Part shown: positions 1 to 11,605 of the stretch, piece by piece | Numbering within the stretch: the stretch's first letter is position 1 | Layout of the letters: the number at the start of each line of letters is the position of its first letter | From: Diadema antillarum | Taxonomy: Eukaryota | Direction: 5' to 3' | Length of the DNA: 64,000 nt | NCBI RefSeq assembly: GCF_040938485.1 | Contig: NW_027270918.1 | Location: forward strand, 4,030,001-4,094,000 | Position numbers and translations under genes: made by a program | Notes under the pieces: model-generated | Databases searched by the model: none | Told to the model about the DNA's origin: nothing | What the model saw: only the letters and a program-made list of their open reading frames with translations

Positions 1-715
1 TGTGCTGAATGTCGATGAACTTGGCTGCCCAGGTTAGAGTATGAATAGGCATTAATGTGTCAGCTTCATCTTGGCTCTCATTAGAGGGATGGTGATTGTC
101 TGGATTGGAGCTTTGTGATCTCCACAAGAGATCATCTTGAATTGATACTTTAAGACTTTAAGACCGCCATTGTTCTAGGAAGCATCCTCCAATTCCAGAA
201 GAGTGTGGCAGCTTCTTTTCAGACCTTAACATAATGAGACAAGGGGGTCGTGGATAGGGTCATAAGTTCAAATGAGTTGGGAGGTTTTTGTCCCTTTGGT
301 GGATAGGCTACACTTTGCTGCCATGTTGTTGATGGACTTTACTTTTCTGTTTGTTTGTTTGTTTGTTTGTTTGTTTGTTTGTTTTTTGAGGATCTTTCAT
401 TCGGGTAGTGATGGACAAATGGTTTTACTTTTTTATATCTTGAGCTGTGTAACTTAGTACAGTTCAGCATCTTAACAAAAGTTTTTTTTTTTTTCTGTCA
501 CAAACGAAAACTAAGCTGTTAAAGTAGTTTTACATCTATACATGACCCTTAGCTAGTGAACATAATAAAAAAAGGTATGTATGGGTAGATATCAAAACTA
601 TATTGTAGCTTCATGTCATATTGTAACAAAAAAAAATATTGCCTTGTTCTGTTTCTCCCATGTTACGTGTAGATGATGTACATACTCTGCTGATGTAGTG
701 GTCTGTATTATACTA

Positions 716-800
716 TTAATTCTTTGAAGACGGACTGATTTTGCTACAACATGCATGTCCCATAGACATCTGCCTGAGTATACTCGGGACTCATCTTCCA
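716..800. mobile_element. Degenerate copy of the 85-bp mini-MITE
   Basis: Shares the core GACGGACTGATTTTGCTACAAC...CCCATAGACA...GAGTATACTCGGGACTCATC; termini are decayed. Confidence 0.65.
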
Positions 801-3704
801 CTTCCAGTTCCACCATTTGCCACTGAAGTGTGGTTTATTTGAACCTTTCTTATCGATTTCAAAGTGTGGAGAAAGTAGAGAGAACCAGCGTGTGTTGATG
901 GAGGAATATGCAGTGCCGTACATTAGCACATCTGCTGTGGAACTGTGGTTTGTGTAAACCTTTTTGTCGATTTCGAAGTCTCGGGGAGAAAAAAATGGAG
1001 AGAGTCAACGTGTGTACAGTCAGTAGGAGCACGATAAAGACTATTTCCATCAAACACTTGCACTTCTTGGTGTTTGCTTTGTACGAACCACACAGAAGTG
1101 AACCTGATGTTCCTTTTGTTGACAATGATCGTTGAGTACACTCTGGTTTCTATTTATAGTTTATGCAGAGGGCACCATGTAGATGCCTACTTTTGGTATT
1201 AAAAAAAGCCCTGAAGCACTGCATTTTTTAATGTTATTTCAGATTCGTGTCCGTGGGTGTACTTATTTGTTCTGACGGATGTATCTTTGCAGCTTTTTGA
1301 AGGCAGCTTTATTTTTGGCTCATTGAGCCATCTTTTTATTTACTTATGGTCTCTCTTATTTTGTTTTTTTCTCTTGCAAGTGTTTTTTGATGCTTGATAC
1401 TTTTTGTACAGTTTTGTTTATTATCCTAGTTTGGTATCTGGCACCGATTTGGCTAACCTCACTTTGCAACTCGGAAATGAAAACCCAGTACATTGTGTCT
1501 TACATACAAAGGCTCATTCTATCTTTGAATGTTAATTACCGTGACTATCAAGAAACGTCCTGTTGTAGATACACCATCAAATTAAGCGGGGGAGGTGCTG
1601 GAATAAATACCAGACCCACGGCATCTGTTGCCGCCTCATTTATTGCCGGAAGATGGTATCATGGAGCTCATTTGTTGGAGCATTGTCTGTGCCTTTATAT
1701 GTCGGGCACCCCCGCAGTCATAAACTCTATGTCTGTTCTGGCCTAGCTGTAAATGAGGCAATTAGTAGCTTGCTACCAGCCACAGCCTAGGTTGGTCCAT
1801 GGAACTTGTTGTAGCTCTATGGTTAGTCCAAGGACCACTCTGGCTATACTTAACCCAAGTGTCTATTTTTAGCTCAGGTAGGCAGATTTAATTGACTATT
1901 TTGAGATTCCGCTTTTTGTGGTTACTAAGAACAGTCATGGAAAACACACACATGCACACTTCACAAAAACAAAAAACCCTCTTCAGTAGTTGATTTGGAA
2001 AGCCATGTAGACTGTAAAAAAAGATCAAGCTTTCAAAGCTCCTAAAGAGTTAAGCACATTTGAATAGCAAGTTCAGAGACAATACCTGGATCAGTCACAA
2101 TGGCATGAGTATGTTGTTAGAGGCCATTGACTGTGAGTACAGGGGATTAACCATGAATGGGGAGGGTTTCCTTGAATCTGTGTAATGAAAGTGAAGTTGA
2201 CCTTGTTTGTTTCCAGTACACCAGAAGCTGATAGCTATAATCCACAACCTATTCACATAGTTGGGCCATGTGCAACAACATAGCCCTGAAAAGAGCTTAG
2301 GAGAGAGCTTAGCTCGGTGGATTGTTCCTGTGGCTTGGGTGTATGATAGCACAATGAAAAGCAACCAGGATGTGACCATCAGGAGCTATTCCCACCAAGG
2401 GTACAACCTTTTCCCTTATTGTTTTAATATCCCCCCTCCCTCCCCTCTGCAAAACAGCCAATGAAAAAAGACATCTGAAAATGATCACCTGAAGCAGATA
2501 ATGGAACTAAGAAGGGTAAAACATCTTTACCAGCGTTGGCCTAATTAGCGGAGTAGTTCAAGCAGTGATAAGAGTAACCACAGACTCTGAGAGCAGGGCA
2601 TATTGTAGAGTGGTAGTTGAGGTGGTCATACATGTACCTGTGTCAGTGTTAGACATTCATAAATTCCCTGAACTAGTTACATATTAGTGCAGGCAGTCAG
2701 CAAGAAAAAGACGAAGAGACTGATTTGCTGTTTGCATTTTCAGCTAGCCTTAGCCACTATTGCAGTCTATTCGTGTGAGGGGGACCAACAGAATTAACAG
2801 TCAGCACTAGATTGGTAAGTAAAAGCGCCATGTCTTTTATCATATTGTGGAACATGACAACATTACTGTTGCCATAGTAACCACATTTGCTTTTGAATTT
2901 TCAATGGAGGGGTAACCTTCAACCATGAGATAGCTTTCAATTATATCACCCACTTTAATCCTTCAAACTTTTAACAAGTATATTTATCATATATGATCCG
3001 TAGTGTTACACCTGTACCAAGTATAAAAGGTCAAAGAGACAAGTTTGTCATGATATAGCTAGCAAGTGATGTCAATAAAATCATGGTTAGTTTACTGAGA
3101 ATGCACATTACATTTCATCCATATGTAGGTGAAGCGACAATCATTTGAGTAAAGTACATATATGTCTCTGCTCTACAGTGCAGGAGGTTATGTTCTATGG
3201 TCGTTCGGCTTTATGAGAAACATCACCAATAGCGCAATGCATAGATGGTTTGGTGAGAATGATAAGGGTGTTAAGTTCCCATTAAACCCATGGTTTTCAA
3301 GACAACTTTTAATAGCGCCCTTCTCATTCTCAACTGACGCAATTAATTTGTAGCGATGATATGATGCTGGATGACCTATGAAAAATGACTGGCCCTCCAG
3401 TAGGTGGAAATCTGTGAGGTCATAAACAGCATTATTTTTAACCTTGGCAAATCAAATGAGAGTGTAACAGCAACTCCTTGACATGATGTACATATGCAGG
3501 GTGTAGCGCTTGTCAGTACGACTGTGTGCGGCCGACAGGTCTGGGGCATGGTTATGAATATTGAGTGGTGGTTAAAGCATATCTCCATGTGACAAGATGC
3601 ACATGGTGCTTTCTAAGGCATGATGGTAACATGGACATTTATCTAAAAGTTTGAGCTGTTTGGGCAGCAAGGCACTGTATGTAGTTCTCTTCTGTATTGT
3701 TAAT

Positions 3705-4097
3705 TTAACCCTTTCGCTGCCGTGGATTTAGGGCAGTGTATACAATGCTATGGCCGGAATTCATGAAGGTGGTACAATTGAAACCATGGTTTAAACCATA
3801 GACGCTGAGTGCAGTTTTGTATGGAGCGCCAAGTGTTGCATGGCCTATTTCGTTTAGTATTAGGAAATCAGTCAATTCGTCGACGAAACGTTCATTTCGT
3901 TACGAAATATTAACATGTTGTTGACAAAATGATCGTTTTGTTAACAAAATAGGCAATGCGACACTTGGCGCCCTATACAAAACTACGGTCTTTGTCCATG
4001 TTTTAAACCATGGTTTCAATTGTACCACCTTCGTGAATATGGGCCTAAGGGTTTTCTGTACCAGTTAAACAGCACTCTAAGCATACAAAAGGATAAA
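3705..4097. mobile_element. Second piggyBac-like MITE, interrupted by a Harbinger-like MITE
   Basis: The left end TTAACCCTTTC...GCTAT and the right part GGGTTTTCTG... align with the uninterrupted inverted relative ending GAAAGGGTTAA at 5503. Confidence 0.55.
3752..4045. mobile_element. Palindromic PIF/Harbinger-like MITE
   Basis: Long terminal inverted repeats (TIRs) GGCC..AATTCAYGAAGGTGGTACAATTGAAACCATGG; flanks TAT/TAA; same family as 61762-62045. Confidence 0.75.
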
Positions 4098-4381
4098 CAG
4101 CCATGATGCTAGCGCTCTCATAGATATAACAGGAGTCATAGCACCCTCTGTGATACTCTTCAGCACGTTGATACAGGAGATTTCTCATTGTCTTTTGACT
4201 ACATTCAGAAGTAAGTTTTTAACAGTTTTTGTCTTTAGCTGTTTTTTTCTTCAATATTATACTTTGTTGCTGTTCTTTTGATATTTTTTAAAATCAGTGC
4301 AGTTTTGGCAAAAAAAAAAAAAGGCAACTGTGTGTAATTGTATTCCTGCTTGCTGGCTTGTTCTAGCATTTTTGGGGTGCC

Positions 4382-4474
4382 TTAACCCGCTGGGCGGGTC
4401 CCAAGTATATACTCAGGCAGGTGTCCGTGGGAAATGCATGTCGTAGCAAAATCAGCCCATCCTCAACGGGTTAA
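4382..4474. mobile_element. 85-bp piggyBac-type mini-MITE
   Basis: TTAA|CCCG...CCTCAACGGG|TTAA; same family as 11126, 11513, 50617 and about 716. Confidence 0.75.
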
Positions 4475-4756
4475 AGATACATTTGTAACACGTTCTTGTT
4501 ATGAGCCAGATGCCAGTCACCCTTTCTTCAGCCCTTCCACCTGTGACCACAACCTTTTGAGCTGTCCTTACCTCACTTTTACAATGTGAGTCACCATGTG
4601 AGTGATGACCCTTACACGGACAGAGAGACAATTCCACACCATAAGTCTCTGTCCAGTTGAGAAGTCAAACGCGGCCACTTTCCCCCAGTGGGCATCGAAA
4701 TCAGTCATAATCTGTGACCTCATCAAGGGTGGAATTCAGAGGGCAAGCTAGCCCGC

Positions 4757-5110
4757 TTAAAGGCATTATCTACCATTTGCAGATGAAACAAAAACCCAGC
4801 TTTAGTGCTTTGAAGTAGTTTTAACATGTGAGTCAGGGATAGAAACAATCAATGTAAAAATGTTAAGCACTACAGGGTACAATCAATGTTAAGTATTGTT
4901 AATATACAAAATGTGAACAATAGTTTTACAATTAAGCCTATATCATTTCTAGAATAAACCATATTGGTTGATGAAAAAATAGTGCAATCTCCTTATATTT
5001 TAGGCTTTATTTCAATTTTTTTTATGGTAGGATGTTTTGTGATATAACTCGCCTATACATATGCACCAAAGGGATAACTCAAATAAACCAATGGTAAACA
5101 GTACCTTTAA
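4757..5110. mobile_element. Kolobok-like non-autonomous element
   Basis: TTAA|AGGCATTATCTACCATT...AATGGTAAACAGTACCT|TTAA; inverted family member at 63565-63926. Confidence 0.65.
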
Positions 5111-5538
5111 AGGCTGACTTTTCCTGTTTTTCCCCCTTACCTGTGTTTCTATTACATGTACTTTCCAACACTTGTAGAACTATTGAGATCGATTTTATAA
5201 ATTTGTATCAAAAGGAATATCCATGTATCACATAGAAAAGTAACAACAAAACCAAAACCAAAAAGTGACTGTTGTGTGAGATATACACTATACTACCATG
5301 TGAAGTTTCAAGTAATACAGTTTTTTAGAAAGATTTTGGACTCTCAAAGTTGTTTGTTTGTTTGTTTGTTTTTCCATCACCAATGTCGGGAAATGGCTTA
5401 TCCGGCATTTAGGCTTCATCGCCAGCAAATACAGCACTGATTGGCTCAGAAAACCCATAGCCTTATACACACTTTTCAAAGTCCCTGGCATAGAAAGGGT
5501 TAATCACCTATTCATTATCACAGTTAGCTATGACATAA

Positions 5539-5770
5539 TACTGTATACATTGGTAAGCTGTTATTTTTGCAATGGTTTAATTTTCGTGAATTTCACAAAT
5601 CGGACCGCAAATTTAACTACACATGAAAATGTCACCATACGCTAATATAAGGTAGCAGTGCGCTAATGAAGGTCTCTGTGTCAATTCGAGAAAGCAACAT
5701 CTTGCGAAAATATTCGTGACCTCCTCATTCGCGAAAATATCTGTACGCGAAAATAACAGCGTATACAGTA
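5539..5770. mobile_element. Tc1/mariner-type MITE (TA|CTGTA...TACAG|TA)
   Basis: TIR-like AGCTGTTATTTT / AAAATAACAGCG with repeated CGCGAAAA motifs; same family as 50186-50389. Confidence 0.65.
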
Positions 5771-6939
5771 CATGTGCATAGGCCTAGATGTCTGTACAGT
5801 AAGAAGCGAAGCCGTAACATTCTGTTAAGGACACTTGAGTAAATGTATTGTACTTTATGTATTCCTTCATTGAAAAAAAAATAAGTACAGCTGTGCTGTA
5901 AAATTGATAAAACCAAAAGTAGTTTCAGAACTGTAAGATACTCGTAGTGTAATATTTTTACACTCGAGTATGAATTCCAAAAAAAGGTGAATTTTTCTTT
6001 GAGAACGAGGCTGGAATTAGTCAGTTAATACAAGTAGCTGTTTTGCTTATTTATCATACTGGTAGCTATTGCAGGAATTATACCTTCTTTGTTTCTGGTT
6101 TGTGCCATTCCATTTTCATAGACATCTCTGAACTGATGTTATAACCAAGGTTAAACAGAAACCATAATTGCACAAAACTGCAATAAAGATGAAGTAATAA
6201 GATATTCTTTGAAAAGTCTGTAACTCTTCAGGTAGTCCCATTATTGTATCACCAAATTGGGCAACTATCCAATGATTATAATACAAAATGCCTGGCATGT
6301 ATTAAATTATATGTCAGGTGTCCTCACAACTTTCGAAGAAATTTGAATCCTTTCATTCTCAATGGAATCATATCTAGCCAAGTGTTAAAAAAAATAAAAT
6401 AAAGCTTATATGCGGGTATATGCATGATATATTCCCATTTTAGTACTTTTTTACATTCATATCTTTCACTTTCATTGTAGCGAACATCAACCTGTAATCG
6501 AGGCCTATCACTGTAATGACCTCTGAAAAATCTTGACACAAAATGCTTTTACCTTGAGGTGCTAGGGTTAGGGTTAATTTGCAAAGGCAGAATCAGCGTT
6601 CTTGAAACTCCAGTTCACGGGAGCACTGTTTATACTCACATTTTTCGAGCTTGGGAGAGAGCGTTAGTGATTGTTTCATTGACCTTTGCAAATTGGGGCT
6701 CGCACGCTTTCTCAGAAGTTCTGGACTTGAGTGTGTGCATTGTTCGTGTTTCAACTGGCTACGTGTTTATCCTTTCTATTACAGTATGATATCAATTCAA
6801 TTATTTCCTGGTACACATGTGTGGACTGTAGACAGTGATAGCAAATACAAGTATTTATTTCTGTATGCAAATTGTGGACAAAATCGTATCGTATTATAGT
6901 GTAGCTCTTCATGCATTAGCATGTCTGTGCAAATTGGAG

Positions 6940-7005
6940 GGCCTGCGCAGTAATCGCCTGGTTTTCACATGAAGGTCTCAGGTTCGAATCCTGATGGAAT
7001 CCAGT
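6940..7005 (+). mobile_element. Possible tRNA-derived SINE remnant
   Basis: Pol III B-box GGTTCGAATCC inside a T-arm-like stem (TCAGGTTCGAATCCTGA). No good A box or cloverleaf. Confidence 0.35.
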
Positions 7006-8813
7006 TTCTTTGCTCATTTTTGTACCAGTACATTTTGATTTCATGAATATTGCGGAAGCCAAGATTCATGAAACCCAAATACACATGAAAGTTTTTGCCT
7101 ACACTTTATGCATCGAATGCCAGTGGCAATTCATGAAGATCTCATGCCGTGAAAAAGGTTGTCAGTTCCAATTCCTACAAATTTCATGCTGCAAAAATAT
7201 CCTGCTTACAGTAGCTAATCACTTCCATCTCTAGATCAGATGATTCTACTCCTAGCTGGGTCAGAATTTCATCTTACTCTTTTTCGTTCAGATCATGCAA
7301 AATTTTTTACTTGTTTGGTGATTCACTCGTGGAGTACACCACAGTATTTGCACGTGGGATAAAACCTCACTCAAGTCATGACGTGAGTCTGCACATTTCA
7401 CTCATAACTCTCTGCGATTTCTAGCATTTTAGCGCGCACAACTGGGAAATGGTCATCCTGGCAAATCAATTATTTGAAAGCATTATCAATTGATACAGAA
7501 TGTGCATTAATATCAGGTGCTGCATTCATATCATTGTCTACACTCAAGAAAAACAGCACTGTCAGTACAGCACATTTTGGACAGGCACTGATATGGGAGG
7601 TGGACAGACTCTGATATGGGAGGTAGACAGTCAAGACATATAATACCTGAAATATGTGAATATATGAATAAGGATTGTTTATATGCACTATTTTCTTCGA
7701 GTGTTTTCTGAAGTGTTTTCTTCAGATGCATAGAATGCCAGTAACATTCATAGGTTAGCTGTTTGAATCGAAGAAATACTGTTATTGTAGTACTGCAGTA
7801 TTTCAGATTCTGTATGTACCATATCATGCCTGGGGTCACAAGACTCTGTATCTCAATTGACATATATTCAAATACCTCGTTATTCAGTTTGAATATCAAC
7901 AGTTCTGATATGATTAAAAAAACACAACAGTACAATTATTGATGTAATACAAAACAATGCTTCTACATCATTTGATGTCAAGATTTATGTTATTTTGTGA
8001 ATGTTGCAATAATGAATAAGTTTTTATCTCTCCTGAAAATTCATGAATTTTGAGATATGAAGTCTTGTCACCCAGGGACAATATTCTGATCATTCATCAT
8101 ACAGATTCTACCAAGTTTAAACCAAAGTCAAATATGGTAAACAGATATAATCACTGGGCAGGCACAAGATATTTATTCAGTAGGGAAATAATTCTACAGC
8201 TTTCTCAAGCCATAGATACCAGTTAGCTTTCAAGGTTTTTGAGGTATTTCTTGGAAGGGGGAAAGATTGGTCCTTGAAGCACAGAATTTGTTTGAATGAT
8301 CCATGGTCATTTGTGTGCAGTATGCATGGATATTGCTGCCTTATAAATAATGATGATGCTTCTATGCCATCTTTGCATAATATGTGCGTGGAGTTTTATG
8401 TTCTCGTGTGTGATGCTTTTTAAGTCGGGGCCAGCTTTCAAGATGCAAAGAGATACCACAGGTGTGAGAGTAGTAGTCAAGAGAGATATGTCTCATGCTA
8501 GGCTGTAATATCATGTTCTTTTTTTTTGGGGGGGGGGGGGATTGATCTGTATTAGTAGTCCAGCACCTATGACACATGCTTCTGTGATCACTTCTGTTTG
8601 AAGTGTGTGCATGATAGACGGGGACGTGCTCGAGTGAGTGTCTCATCCAACAGAACCTAATCCATGTCTCCCTGTGTATGTCTTCGATCATCATACACAA
8701 GGGGGTCAGGTGTGACCCACTTGAAGTCGATCATTAACTGACCAGATGACAAGGGTCAACAAGTGTCAAGGGGACTCCTCCTCAATAAATATAATTCTTA
8801 TATATATGTATAT

Positions 8814-9060
8814 CAGGGCTCGAAACTAACTTTTTTTTTCTGGTGGCCTGTATGGGCTACTAATATCTTACAATGTCATATTTTGGTGGCAAGGAAAAAA
8901 GAAGAAAAAAAGAAGTGTATTTGCCCAAAATAAAAGAATTCATGATCCATTTTTAATCTTGTAATTGCCTTATTTGCCAGGATACCCCAAAATGACCTTT
9001 TGGAAATTTGGTGGCCCAACATTAATTCTTTGTGTCCTCGGGCCACTACTACTCTCAAGC
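8814..9060. mobile_element. hAT-like MITE remnant
   Basis: Left end CAGGGCTCGAAACTAAC; the right terminus is decayed. Confidence 0.4.
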
Positions 9061-10170
9061 CATTTTATATGTGTATACATATGCTTTAGGTGTGATGAAT
9101 GACGACAAAGGATGATGCGGGAGGTCAGATTTTATATATTGTATATGTCTATATATGCAGACATATACATGTACAGTTTATATATGTCGTATCATCTCTC
9201 CACCTTATTACATTTTTCAGTGACATTAGGAACAATATCTATCATAACATTTTTTTAATGCCTACTTCTTCTTTGTTTTCATGTTAAGTTTCAAGTTGTA
9301 GTAAAAGTATCATCATTTTTTTATTGTCACCATCACCATCATCATTAAAGTCCATGCAACAGGGAGAGAACTGCAACCCCTTTACACTGTTCCATCATGC
9401 AATCACCCTCAGCCATACAACATTTTAATTTGATATCACGTGGGTGCCGGCAGGCATTGGTTGTTTGATATGTGACTCCAAGCAGTATCAGGTGAGAACT
9501 TCGTTCATTTTTCGCAAATTCACAGACGTGACTTTCTTGGCATTGTGTGTTCGCAGCACATACACTCTCTAGCATTTACTGAAGCGTTTGCGTTGATTCA
9601 GAAGTTGAATATGTTTCATAGAAACTCTCAATGACCCAGCAATATATAGAGGGCATCAGTTTATTATTCCATCACTAACCAAACCCACCAGGTTGAAAAT
9701 CAAATTGTCTGTTAGCTCTCAGGGCATGTTCTCAATTTACTCCATTTTGTCTACATCCGACACAATGGTGCGTATCAAGTCCCGCTATGAGTTAATTCTG
9801 CTGACTAATTTCAAGCGTCGTAACTAAGTTATGATTGAAGAGACCCTAGTCATGCCTGAATGGCTCTACGTCTCATCAAACTTTCATAGGTGATCTGTTT
9901 CCAATTTAGCCCAGGCAGTGTGGATGCGTGAGTGCTGGTAATTGATGTATGGCTTTATTGAGACTGCCTCATACATGCCCCACCCCCATCTTATGTACAC
10001 ATTCACCTGTGGATTTCCCTCTTAGTTCGGATAGCAACCAAATATTTTTTTTCTTTCTCTCGATCCTGCCTTTCTTTTCAGAATTCTTCCTCCCTCTCTT
10101 TCTCTACTCAAGTCTCTCTATCTTTCTCTCTCCCTTTCTCCTTTCTATCTACAATTTGTACCTATCCATA

Positions 10171-10386
10171 NNNNNNNNNNNNNNNNNNNNNNNNNNNNNN
10201 NNNNNNNNNNNNNNNNNNNNNNNNNNNNNNNNNNNNNNNNNNNNNNNNNNNNNNNNNNNNNNNNNNNNNNNNNNNNNNNNNNNNNNNNNNNNNNNNNNNN
10301 NNNNNNNNNNNNNNNNNNNNNNNNNNNNNNNNNNNNNNNNNNNNNNNNNNNNNNNNNNNNNNNNNNNNNNNNNNNNNNNNNNNNNN
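10171..10386. other. Assembly gap (N run); further gaps at 22716-22920, 36983-37112 and 42536-42798
   Basis: N characters in the sequence. Confidence 0.99.
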
Positions 10387-10784
10387 TTTGCTCAAGATAT
10401 ACTACATAAAAAGTGTACCAGTAGTTGGGTTTATACATATTTTTGTGTGTAATGATAGACAAAAGAAGAAACACACTTTGAACACACTGAAAAAAAGTGT
10501 CATGGATGTATGCATGTAATGGACAGATGAATGGAAGAAGTGTAGTTTTAGTGAGACTGCCAATACCATGTACAAATTTTCAACCAAGAAAAATATTCAA
10601 GGCAAGATACATGTATCACTACATTATTTTCCATTATGTTTCATTTTTCTGTATGTATGTATGTCTGTCTGTCTGTTTGTCTCTTTATTTTTTGACTTTA
10701 CATTTATCTATCTATTGATCTATGTACTGTACATGTATGTTTCTATCTGTACAATTCTGTGTGTGCAGCATATGCACATACATG

Positions 10785-10786
<2 letters not shown>

Positions 10787-10845
<59 letters not shown>

Positions 10846-10857
10846 ACACACACACAT
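10787..10857. repeat. (CA)n microsatellite
   Basis: Direct reading. Confidence 0.95.
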
Positions 10858-11125
10858 TGATAGATAAATGTAGCCCTGTTTATTTTATGGATCATGTGCT
10901 ATTCATATCTCCCTTGGCTTTTCTCCAAGATATTAATAGGAATAGGTGGTGGTCCTTTTATGATAGCACTTTCACTCCTGATTTTCAAAAATAGGATTAT
11001 TCTTTTTTTCTTTTCTTTCTTTTTTGTAGAATATGCAAACCAATGTTTGTCTATTCTAAGGACTAGTAAGGTTTCCACTTCAGACCGTTGTTACACGACA
11101 TATTGTGATGCAATTAAATCACTTG

Positions 11126-11218
11126 TTAACCCGTTGAGGACGAGTCCCGAGTATACTCGGGCAAGCGTCTATGGGAAATGTGTGTTGTATCAAAATCAAA
11201 CCGTCCTCAAGGGGTTAA
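11126..11218. mobile_element. 85-bp piggyBac-type mini-MITE
   Basis: TTAA|CCCGTTGAGGACG...CGTCCTCAAGGGG|TTAA. Confidence 0.8.
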
Positions 11219-11512
11219 AACTGGTATGCACTACTTGTACTTTGGCAAAGTAGTATATGTCTATTTCAGACCTGTGCTGTTTCATGTGACATTTGCACAG
11301 TTTGTTATTTAAACAAATTAAAGATATGGAAAGCACACACACTCATACTCGATTTGGGAATTTCACATGAGAAAAAAATCTTCAGTGCTAAATTTGTGCA
11401 AATGTGCAATTAGTTTTGCCCTTATTGCACATTATGTAATCCAGAATTTGCCAGGCATTTTTGCCTCTTGTCTCTTGGCCAGCAAAGTCACAGTCGAGCT
11501 ACTACCATTCTT

Positions 11513-11605
11513 TTAACCCATTGACGATGGACTGATTTTGCTACAACACGCATTTCCCATAGACACCTACCTGAGTATACTCGGGACTCATCCTCAAGGG
11601 GTTAA
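11513..11605. mobile_element. 85-bp piggyBac-type mini-MITE (opposite orientation to 11126)
   Basis: TTAA|CCCATTGACGATG...CATCCTCAAGGGG|TTAA. Confidence 0.8.

Noticed and set aside
744-1141. Overlapping Cys/His-containing ORFs that might be zinc fingers
   Set aside because: No C2H2 spacing in any frame, no splice support, and the duplication period (115) is not a multiple of three.
6940-7005. tRNA gene
   Set aside because: Only a B-box/T-arm is present; there is no acceptor stem, D-arm or A box, so it is at most a SINE remnant.
8703-8718. GGGTCA-GGTG-TGACCC nuclear-receptor-like inverted repeat
   Set aside because: Non-standard 4-nt spacer and a single short motif that cannot be distinguished from chance without functional data.
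9949-10474. ORFs spanning the N gaps (also 22498-23071, 36880-37195, 42438-42901)
   Set aside because: They are open only because N codons cannot be stops; the flanks are microsatellite or low-complexity sequence.
10568-10994. His/Thr-repeat ORFs (also 31246-31474, 62888-63415)
   Set aside because: Translations of (CA)n, (GT)n and poly-T tracts.
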